Part shown: piece by piece, positions 1 to 6,727 of the stretch | Numbering within the stretch: position 1 is the stretch's first letter | Layout: every line of letters begins with the position of its first letter | IMG/VR virus record: IMGVR_UViG_3300025889_000118 | Coordinates: 1 to 62,944 of that record | Source: a virus | Taxonomy: Duplodnaviria > Caudoviricetes | Direction: 5' to 3' (one strand) | DNA length: 62,944 nucleotides | Notes under the pieces: generated by a model | Seen by the model: the letters and a program-made list of their open reading frames with translations, nothing else | The model's database searches: none | Told to the model about the DNA's origin: nothing | Program-made: the position numbers and the translations under genes

Positions 1-68
1 GGTTGTGCTTTGTCGCACAAAACCCCAAGAGGAAAACCGAATTGAATCGGTTTTTGAATGGTCGAAAA

Positions 69-416
69 TCAACAATTTGATTTCCAAATGGTGTAGAATG
101 CCCGTAAAAACTGGCTTCTATCTGGCTCAAATGACTCATTATACAATTGTCTCGTTAATTCAAGTGGTTGTCTAATTGCCCTGCTAACATCACTAATATC
201 AACAGTGTTGATTAAATCCTGCTCTTGAAATTTCTGCATATCCATTTCTTCACTTTCCTTCTGTTTCTGTTCCTCTTCTTCAGTAGTTCCATTAACACAG
301 TAGCCACATTTTACAGTGACACTAATTTCAGTATCATCATGTTCATGCTCGGAATAATATATTCCAAAACTCACATATGTTCCGCATTCTACACATTCTC
401 TTTCAGTCCACGACAT
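69..416 (-). CDS. Hypothetical Zn-ribbon protein
   Basis: CVEC and CGYC pairs; ATG 46 nt from the palindrome at 462. Confidence 0.7.
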   Translation of the reverse strand: MSWTERECVECGTYVSFGIYYSEHEHDDTEISVTVKCGYCVNGTTEEEEQKQKESEEMDMQKFQEQDLINTVDISDVSRAIRQPLELTRQLYNESFEPDRSQFLRAFYTIWKSNC

Positions 417-452
417 ACCCTATTTAACCCATTAAGTATTAGTAGGGTTTTA

Positions 453-484
453 CAAAGTGCAACCATATGGTAGGTTATACTTTG
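453..484. promoter_or_regulatory. Palindromic site A
   Basis: CAAAG-tgca-ACCATATGGT-aggttata-CTTTG. Confidence 0.85.
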
Positions 485-732
485 TTAGAACCTACCTTAG
501 AGGTAAGGAGTTATTTCTAACTCGGAGGAATCGGAGAACCTACCCGTTCTACCCTCTTTTCTTTCATCAGTCTTACAATGCTGGATTTTGGAGAAATCAA
601 CGCGTATTATTTCTCTCCACACCATAACATACGCACCTTTCTGTCGTTGGTAGGCTTCTTTTCGTCAAGGAGAGGAATTCATCACTTGACTACAATAACA
701 GGAGTAGCGTATCGTATTAATATGGGGTTATA

Positions 733-759
733 CAAAGACAACCATATGGTAGTGCTTTG
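733..759. promoter_or_regulatory. Palindromic site B
   Basis: CAAAG-aca-ACCATATGGT-agtg-CTTTG. Confidence 0.85.
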
Positions 760-797
760 GACTACCTTATCATATACTTCAATAGCGAACTAATAGC

Positions 798-1109
798 ATG
801 AGAAAAATAACTCAAGACGCAATAAGAGCCTTTACGAACATGCAACCATTTAAGCGAGGAAACACCGAAGTTAAGATTTTGAAAGATGAGGGTTCACTAA
901 AACCGAACTTTGCCCGTCTTATTCTTCATGGGAATACTATTGCCGAAAAGAGTCACAAAGGGATTCAAATAACTTCGGCAGGTTGGAAAACAAACACCAC
1001 AAAAGAACGCCTTAACGGGTTGCCTAATGTTAATATTACACAAAAGGACTTTGTATGGTATCTAAACGGTCATGCTTGGAATGGAGGTTGGATTAAGATT
1101 ACAGATTAA
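798..1109 (+). CDS. Conserved phage-type hypothetical protein
   Basis: LHGNTIA...GWKTNTTKERLN pattern resembles small early phage proteins; apparently leaderless, 48 nt after site B. Confidence 0.8.
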   Translation: MRKITQDAIRAFTNMQPFKRGNTEVKILKDEGSLKPNFARLILHGNTIAEKSHKGIQITSAGWKTNTTKERLNGLPNVNITQKDFVWYLNGHAWNGGWIKITD

Positions 1110-1145
1110 AGAGGATATTTCCTCGCCCTTCGGGGTTCTATCTAA

Positions 1146-1174
1146 CAAAGTATGAACCATATGGTTGCCCTTTG
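1146..1174. promoter_or_regulatory. Palindromic site C
   Basis: CAAAG-tatga-ACCATATGGT-tgcc-CTTTG. Confidence 0.85.
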
Positions 1175-1211
1175 AGAAACCCCATTATATCCTCTACTTC
1201 GTATTTTAGAT

Positions 1212-1469
1212 ATGGCGTTTTGTAGTTGTCAAGATTGTCTTAGTGCGTTTTACGAAGAAAGAGCAGAAGCATATACCAATGAACATGGGTTAGACCACCA
1301 CCATAGATGTAATCATATAACTGAAAAGGTTAAAGATAAAATCGAGTTTGAAGATGAAGTCTATATTGCTGAATATGATATTTATGTTATGGAAAATGTG
1401 GTTCATTGGGAAGGTTATAGATGCACTTGCGAAGTCGAATATAAGGAAGATGAGGAGGGAGAAGAATAG
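1212..1469 (+). CDS. Acidic Cys/His-rich hypothetical protein
   Basis: CSCQDC, HHHRCNH and CTC motifs; ATG 47 nt after site C. Confidence 0.7.
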   Translation: MAFCSCQDCLSAFYEERAEAYTNEHGLDHHHRCNHITEKVKDKIEFEDEVYIAEYDIYVMENVVHWEGYRCTCEVEYKEDEEGEE

Positions 1470-1490
1470 ACCGTGTAAGGTCGCCAACCA

Positions 1491-1520
1491 CAAAGTTCAC
1501 GACCATATGGTAATGCTTTG
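1491..1520. promoter_or_regulatory. Palindromic site D
   Basis: CAAAG-ttcacg-ACCATATGGT-aatg-CTTTG. Confidence 0.85.
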
Positions 1521-1562
1521 CACTTACCCCGCATTAACGGGGGCAACGGGGGGAATACCGCA

Positions 1563-2069
1563 TCACTCTTCTTCTTGACCTCCTTCATCTGCTTTTACAG
1601 GTGGCGGGGTCATTGTTGGGATATTACCGTTCATAGAACCATCCCATCGGCCATCCTTGTATGCATTAACCAAATTTCTACCTGCTTGATTGGAGAAATA
1701 AGTAGCCATAGCGTCAATATCTGCATATGCACCACCAGTTCTACCATGAGGTAAAATTACTGTCAAAATTAAATCCTGTTCGCCAATATCCGCAAAGACA
1801 TTCTTCACCATTTGAGTCACAGAATCCACATTCAATTGAATATCTGTTGGTAGTGAAGATTGCTGACCTTTGCGAGCCGCAGGAAAATCCTCAAATCCAG
1901 CACCAAACGAGCGAATTGCTGTCCAATACTGACTACGGCCATCGTCATCAGTTGCGTTATTACCAAGAGTAATTGAGAGTTGAATTGCTTCACCACTCGC
2001 TCCTCTATCTTCTTTCTCTAACCATGCCAAAACTTTGTTTGTGTTTGTTATCCAATTATCTTCTTTCAT
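1563..2069 (-). CDS. Hypothetical protein, paralog family member 1
   Basis: MKEDNW start after AAGGAG; shares DDDGRSQYWTAIRSFG, RKGQQSSL, PHGRTGG and RWDG with 3857-4378. Confidence 0.9.
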   Translation of the reverse strand: MKEDNWITNTNKVLAWLEKEDRGASGEAIQLSITLGNNATDDDGRSQYWTAIRSFGAGFEDFPAARKGQQSSLPTDIQLNVDSVTQMVKNVFADIGEQDLILTVILPHGRTGGAYADIDAMATYFSNQAGRNLVNAYKDGRWDGSMNGNIPTMTPPPVKADEGGQEEE

Positions 2070-2161
2070 ATTATCAACTCCTTTAGAATTGTAATGCTTC
2101 ATTCCCCCCGAAGCAACCTATACCTCTCAAGGAGTATTAGGGTTGTAATTCACTTCGTCTG

Positions 2162-2192
2162 CAAAGCAGTTACAACCATATGGTATGCTTTG
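2162..2192. promoter_or_regulatory. Palindromic site E
   Basis: CAAAG-cagttaca-ACCATATGGT-atg-CTTTG. Confidence 0.85.
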
Positions 2193-2268
2193 CATTACCC
2201 TGCCTTCATACGAAGGACTTACGGTTGCCATTGGGAAACTTAATTCCCTAAAGCAAAGGGCGAGCCAA

Positions 2269-2520
2269 TTAATCTCTATCATATTCTCTATCTCTATACT
2301 CTTCATACGCCCTATCTTCTGCATCTGCTTTTACTTGTTCCCAATCTACCCATTCAAACTTTGCACTTGCTATCTCTTCCGCTAACTCATAAACTATGTC
2401 GTCTTTCTCACTTAGAAGTTCTTCTAACAAATCCATAAGGTCATCATAAGTAGTGTGGTTTTTAATCAAATCAAATGCTGAATTATATCCACAATGGTTT
2501 AGTATTTCTTCTAACCCCAT
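2269..2520 (-). CDS. Highly acidic small protein
   Basis: MGLEEILNH start coupled by TAATG to the upstream ORF; very D/E rich. Confidence 0.75.
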   Translation of the reverse strand: MGLEEILNHCGYNSAFDLIKNHTTYDDLMDLLEELLSEKDDIVYELAEEIASAKFEWVDWEQVKADAEDRAYEEYRDREYDRD

Positions 2521-2648
2521 TACTCTTCCTCCTCTAAACTGCTTAACCACTCATCAACTACTTCGGACACATACTTCGGCATTTCAGTCAATACGAGTTC
2601 ATAGCCAAGTGTTGTCACTACTTCTATTCTCCAACCAATATATTTCAT
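2520..2648 (-). CDS. 42-aa micro-protein MKYIGWRIEVV...LEEEE
   Basis: Translated by hand; overlapping stop/start with neighbours; resembles 2752-2910. Confidence 0.65.
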   Translation of the reverse strand: MKYIGWRIEVVTTLGYELVLTEMPKYVSEVVDEWLSSLEEEE

Positions 2649-2749
2649 TCTTTCACCCCATTACAAACGGTGCAACTTCTCAAAACAAACACATGGTTTG
2701 CTCTTTCGCATTCTTCTGTCACTATTCTAATCAATTCTTCTTCTTTCAT
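2645..2749 (-). CDS. 34-aa micro-protein with C/H/CxxC
   Basis: MKEEELIRIVTEECERANHVFVLRSCTVCNGVKE; translationally coupled. Confidence 0.55.
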   Translation of the reverse strand: MKEEELIRIVTEECERANHVFVLRSCTVCNGVKE

Positions 2750-2751
2750 AT

Positions 2752-2910
2752 TTATTCTTCCTCCAATCCTTCTTCTTTCGCCATATATTCAGAAAACTCC
2801 TCTTCTATTTCATTTGCAAGCCAATTGCTAATATCCCAAGCAACTAACTCAATTTCACCATCTTCGTTTTCTTTTTCAATAAATATATTCCAACCTACAA
2901 TCTTCATCAT
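2752..2910 (-). CDS. 52-aa acidic micro-protein MMKIVGWNI...
   Basis: Translated by hand; ATGA overlap with the upstream ORF. Confidence 0.65.
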   Translation of the reverse strand: MMKIVGWNIFIEKENEDGEIELVAWDISNWLANEIEEEFSEYMAKEEGLEEE

Positions 2911-3008
2911 TCTTCTTCACCCCAAAGAGTCATTCCACTTCCACAATAGATACAAACTTCTTTCATATCATCAAATGTCTTTTGTTTGCATCTAATACAT
3001 TCTTTCAT
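2907..3008 (-). CDS. 33-aa Zn-finger micro-protein
   Basis: MKECIRCKQKTFDDMKEVCIYCGSGMTLWGEEE. Confidence 0.6.
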   Translation of the reverse strand: MKECIRCKQKTFDDMKEVCIYCGSGMTLWGEEE

Positions 3009-3736
3009 TCTTTCTCCTCCGCTTTATTTCTTGCATCACGAACTTGTTTGATAATATCGGGTGTGCATTCGCTACGGCTTTCGGTCTTAGCATCAAAGTG
3101 GCAATCAATTTCGGGATATTCTGCAACTTCTGTATAGTTGGTTAAAGCATCTTCAAAAATAGATTGAATTTTACCCATATCATTTAGTGGTGTTTCTACA
3201 ACCATTTCTTCAATAACTTCTTTTCTTTGAACTTTATCGCTTACCCAAGTAATTTCAAAATCAATCCCTATACCCGAATAGTCGTTAAAATAAGTCGCTT
3301 TCATAATAACTTCGTTATCGTATTCATAATTATTTGAATAATACTGTCTAATAATAGCATCTGTTTCTTTCAAACTTAGTCTATTTCCATCGGGTTGAAC
3401 CCATTCGGTTTTAGTGACTGAATCTACATAGGAATCCTTAGTCACTTTATAGACATGTTTTACTTGATTAAACACTTCATCTCTCATACTCGAATATTTG
3501 TGTTCATAAACAATCTTGTTTCGGCTATTTACAATTGTGTGAAGGGTTGTATCTGTTGTGCTTGTTATTTCACCATAAGTCATAACATCACTATATCCCC
3601 AATCCACTACATTCAAGCCACTGTCTTGTAAATCTTTACACAACTTAGCCATCTCTAAATCGGTCAATTTGTCGTCTGCATATTTTATCTTCATTGTTCT
3701 TACATATGTTATTGGCATCTTTCTCACCAAATACAT
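3005..3736 (-). CDS. Hypothetical protein
   Basis: 243-aa ORF starting 42 nt from site F, with a TTATATA box upstream. Confidence 0.8.
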   Translation of the reverse strand: MYLVRKMPITYVRTMKIKYADDKLTDLEMAKLCKDLQDSGLNVVDWGYSDVMTYGEITSTTDTTLHTIVNSRNKIVYEHKYSSMRDEVFNQVKHVYKVTKDSYVDSVTKTEWVQPDGNRLSLKETDAIIRQYYSNNYEYDNEVIMKATYFNDYSGIGIDFEITWVSDKVQRKEVIEEMVVETPLNDMGKIQSIFEDALTNYTEVAEYPEIDCHFDAKTESRSECTPDIIKQVRDARNKAEEKE

Positions 3737-3766
3737 GAGTTATGGGGAGTATATAAGGTAGTAGTG

Positions 3767-3795
3767 CAAAGCATACTACCATATGGTTGGCTTTG
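3767..3795. promoter_or_regulatory. Palindromic site F
   Basis: CAAAG-catact-ACCATATGGT-tgg-CTTTG. Confidence 0.85.
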
Positions 3796-3856
3796 CCTAT
3801 ACCCCAATGAATTCCAAATGGGAATTCAAGGGGCAACAAGGGGTGATGCGTCACAA

Positions 3857-4378
3857 TCATTCTTCTTCTTCAGCCTCCATTTCGGCTCTTGTTGGGGTTG
3901 GTGTGATTTGAGGCACACCCGTTTTGCTGACGGATTCGCCATCCCAACGGTCTTCTTTGATTGAGGTCATCATGTAGTTATGAGCCTTCTTTGTTATGTC
4001 TTCACAGAATGCATTCCAATCTGCAAATACTCCGCCTGTCCTTCCATGAGGCACAATGACGGAAAGTAGTAGTTCGTGGCTTTCAGTAGGGATTCCCGCA
4101 AAAGCACTCATAACGGTTTGCTCCACAGTAGCAAGGACTAATTGTTGTGCCTCGCTTAAGGATGATTGTTGTCCTTTGCGGGCTGATGGAAAACCTTCGA
4201 GCCCGTTTCCGAAAGAACGAATTGCTGTCCAATATTGGCTTCTGCCATCATCGTCACTTGCGTTATCTCCCAATGTCAATGAAAGCATAATTGCTTGAAT
4301 TGATGGGTCTTCTTCATTTTGGGTTTCTGCCCAAAGTCTTACTTTGTTTGCGTTTATATTCCAATTTTCTAATTTCAT
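3857..4378 (-). CDS. Hypothetical protein, paralog family member 2
   Basis: Strong similarity to 1563-2069; AAGGAG RBS. Confidence 0.9.
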   Translation of the reverse strand: MKLENWNINANKVRLWAETQNEEDPSIQAIMLSLTLGDNASDDDGRSQYWTAIRSFGNGLEGFPSARKGQQSSLSEAQQLVLATVEQTVMSAFAGIPTESHELLLSVIVPHGRTGGVFADWNAFCEDITKKAHNYMMTSIKEDRWDGESVSKTGVPQITPTPTRAEMEAEEEE

Positions 4379-4465
4379 TTTTTTTCAACTCCTTTTTGTT
4401 GGTTGTTCTGCTTCACCCCTTGAAGCAATTACAAGAGTTATGCTAAGTATTTAGTAAGGTATGAG

Positions 4466-4492
4466 CAAAGCCATACCATATGGTTGGCTTTG
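4466..4492. promoter_or_regulatory. Palindromic site G, between divergent genes
   Basis: CAAAG-ccat-ACCATATGGT-tgg-CTTTG. Confidence 0.85.
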
Positions 4493-4541
4493 GCAACCTT
4501 AGTTTAGTATGAATATTTAAGGAGTTTTATGGAGGTAAGTT

Positions 4542-4880
4542 ATGACCAACCAAGAAGAAAAACAAGAAGAAATTTGGGAAGATGCACAAACATTACAAGA
4601 GGAAATATACAAGTTAGAAAATTCTCTTGATAAAATCAAGAATGAAAGTGTAAGAAAAGAGGTAGAAAAGACCCTCAAAAAACTGAACAACAAAGTAATA
4701 GAAATGACTAACCAAGCAAGATGCACTTGCGACTGGGAATATGGTGAAAAAGACCCTGACTGTATGGCTTGCTTGAACCAATGGCGTAATGAACGATATG
4801 GCTATGATGTTCACGATGTTGAGTGTTGTTGTAATGATTGCACATATGGAGCATATGGCTACCCAAGAGCAGATTATTGA
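4542..4880 (+). CDS. Coiled-coil, Cys-rich hypothetical protein
   Basis: GGAGGT RBS; CTC, CMAC and CCCNDC motifs. Confidence 0.75.
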   Translation: MTNQEEKQEEIWEDAQTLQEEIYKLENSLDKIKNESVRKEVEKTLKKLNNKVIEMTNQARCTCDWEYGEKDPDCMACLNQWRNERYGYDVHDVECCCNDCTYGAYGYPRADY

Positions 4881-4929
4881 AGCCTAAATAAAAACTGATT
4901 AGATTCAGTTCCCTACGGGGTTTTAGAGT

Positions 4930-4951
4930 CAAAGCCTCCCAACCATATGGT
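4930..4951. promoter_or_regulatory. Palindromic site H (terminal, lacks the right CTTTG arm)
   Basis: CAAAG-cctccca-ACCATATGGT next to the AT-rich non-coding region. Confidence 0.8.
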
Positions 4952-4959
4952 AAGAAACA

Positions 4960-5500
4960 CATCAAAAGAGCGAGTTAAAGTTAGCCAATACATAAAACCA
5001 CCCTAAAAATTAGAACAATTTATTTTCACCCTTTCATAACATTAAAAGCACAATCTATCTTAATTGTTCATATATAAATTATCATAGGTATGTTATATTT
5101 TATATTTGTATATAATATAATATTAATTTCTGCATTTGTCTCATGAAAAAAAAGAAATGAGACGAGACAAATTAGGAGAGGATAGGGGTAGTTATGCAAC
5201 ATAAGTATATATGATTTAATCATATATCTCATTATTCTCATATCTCATATCTCATTCATTCATTCATTATTATTATTATGCATAACTCTCTCTATGAGAG
5301 AGCCTTATAGGAGTATGAGAATGAGAGAGAGTTATAGAAAAGAGAAATGAGACGAGACGAATTATTTTGCGAGTTCTCGACTTCTCAGGGTGAGTTATGT
5401 TGCATAAGGCATTTGTCTCATTTCTGATGAGACGAATCGCCATGAGACGAATCAAAAAACGGGCAAAAACGGGTTTGAATAAGGCTTAACTCCAATTAAA
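4960..5500. repeat. Non-coding AT-rich region with ATGAGAC/GTCTCAT iterons and inverted repeats; putative replication origin
   Basis: No ORF; near-pure AT tract around 5060-5130; ATGAGACGAGAC at 5157 and 5347; ATGAGACGAATC twice (5427, 5442); TTTGTCTCAT twice; inverted repeats ttatgcaacataa/ttatgttgcataa and ataactctctct/agagagagttat. Confidence 0.6.
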
Positions 5501-5521
5501 TTTTATAGCAGTTTAACGAAT

Positions 5522-5537
5522 TAGGGTTATTTAAATA
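5522..5537 (+). promoter_or_regulatory. Archaeal TATA-box promoter TAGGGTTATTTAAATA
   Basis: 15/16 identical to 12447-12462; upstream of an ORF. Confidence 0.6.
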
Positions 5538-5583
5538 GGTTAGAAAATGTAGTATTTTGCCAAGAATGGCAGGAGAAATAAAC

Positions 5584-6042
5584 ATGGATGATGTAAATTG
5601 GAATAGCCTCGTAATAGAGGTTGAAGAATACCTTGAAGCAGACGAAACATTGGAAGAGGGGCTAAAGCAGGTGCTAAGGCTCAATCTACAAATTGGAACA
5701 AATAACACAAGTGAGCGTGAAGCGGCTCGAAATGCACTAAAGGCATTATTGAGAGGTCGTGACGGAACTCCTTTCCGTAAGGGTAAGAAGTCAGCAGTTC
5801 CTACCGCAGTTCGCCTATCAATTGACCGAATTTGTGGAGTTGTAGAAGAAGCATCAGTGCTTTACTTTAACCACGATAGCATTATTGGAGCAATTACCAC
5901 CGCAAGAGGTGGAGCAACTTATGATGATGCAGAAGCCTATGCCTCAAGTGTAGTTAAGAGAACAAGAAGCCAATTGGCTAAAATGTTCAAAGATGGCTCT
6001 TGGGATGGAACAGTAGAATCTCTACTTCCATCAGAAGAGTGA
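5584..6042 (+). CDS. Hypothetical protein, divergent paralog family member 3
   Basis: NWN, LxLxxGxN, PFRKGKKS and KDGSWDG align with the two array paralogs; AGGAG RBS before MDDVNW. Confidence 0.85.
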   Translation: MDDVNWNSLVIEVEEYLEADETLEEGLKQVLRLNLQIGTNNTSEREAARNALKALLRGRDGTPFRKGKKSAVPTAVRLSIDRICGVVEEASVLYFNHDSIIGAITTARGGATYDDAEAYASSVVKRTRSQLAKMFKDGSWDGTVESLLPSEE

Positions 6043-6215
6043 ATTGACTCATGGGGTTTATCCGCTAATAAGAGGTTACTCTCGAATTGGATTAAAATAC
6101 CTCTTTCCCCACCGAGATTCAATGGGAGTTTGTTGGAAGATAAAAAAATCGAAACCCTAAGATGTTCTTGTGTTTTGCATTCGACAAGAACACACCTCCA
6201 AGAGATTTTCTCCCA
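6043..6215 (+). ncRNA. Candidate structured RNA with two long nested stem-loops
   Basis: tgggg/cccca plus aagaggt/acctctt; tgggag/ctccca plus ttgga/tccaa plus tgttcttgt/acaagaaca. Confidence 0.4.
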
Positions 6216-6232
6216 CCCATTTAGGTGATTAA

Positions 6233-6496
6233 ATGAGATTAATTGAAGAAGTTTATATTAAGGCCGAAAAAGATACTATTTGTCAAACCTGCGGAATTGA
6301 TATTCCTGAAGGGGCAAATCATTTACTGGAAACTTATGTTCATCAAGGGGCTCTATTAACAAGCCACTATTGTTTGAACAAGAAGTGTAATCCGCCCAAC
6401 AATGTGAGGCTAAGGTTGTATAAATACGGAAGCCTCTTGTTGATTGGAAGCGTGGTGATTTACCTTTTATGGAGTGAATCATTTCCAATAGGCTAA
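6233..6496 (+). CDS. Zn-finger protein with C-terminal transmembrane helix
   Basis: CQTC...HYC...C; hydrophobic C-terminus; AGGTGA RBS. Confidence 0.75.
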   Translation: MRLIEEVYIKAEKDTICQTCGIDIPEGANHLLETYVHQGALLTSHYCLNKKCNPPNNVRLRLYKYGSLLLIGSVVIYLLWSESFPIG

Positions 6497-6554
6497 ACAA
6501 ATCCTAAAGGTTAGGGGGGGTGACACCCTTAAATACTCCCCGACCCCCTCGCCC

Positions 6555-6694
6555 TTGAGAACAAATGCGAATCCAACGCATTCTCAAACAACTTGAATTG
6601 AAAATCAATTCAAACTTATGGGAGAAGTTGAGGCAGGGGCAACAAAGAAGCATGACACCGTATTCAACTCCTACGGTAGTCGCCTCCTTCTCCC
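6555..6694 (+). ncRNA. Candidate structured leader or ncRNA upstream of the helicase
   Basis: Hairpins 6555-6587 and 6593-6613; nested gggagaag/cttctccc, gaggc/gcctc and accgta/tacggt. Confidence 0.4.
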
Positions 6695-6727
6695 TCCTAT
6701 TCACAATAAAAATATGGAGTAATAAAA

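Larger units (their letters stand above)
1..4951. repeat. Dispersed array of palindromic sites CAAAG-n-ACCATATGGT-n-CTTTG separating gene cassettes
   Basis: Perfect ACCATATGGT at 462, 741, 1156, 1502, 2175, 3778, 4475 and 4942, plus a right half GGTtgtgCTTTG at 1-12. All are intergenic; no copy was spotted in the rest of the window. Confidence 0.95.

Noticed and set aside
2681-2706. Degenerate palindrome-like caaac-acatggt-ttgctcttt
   Set aside because: The core is imperfect and lies inside a coding micro-ORF
2453-2995. 180-aa + strand ORF
   Set aside because: F/S-rich antisense shadow of the coupled minus-strand micro-ORFs
1-4951. CRISPR array interpretation of the repeats (a Cas4-like gene is present at 34838)
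   Set aside because: Intervals are about 270-1600 bp and contain genes, and only short cores are conserved. The Cas4-like gene is a stand-alone replication-module nuclease.
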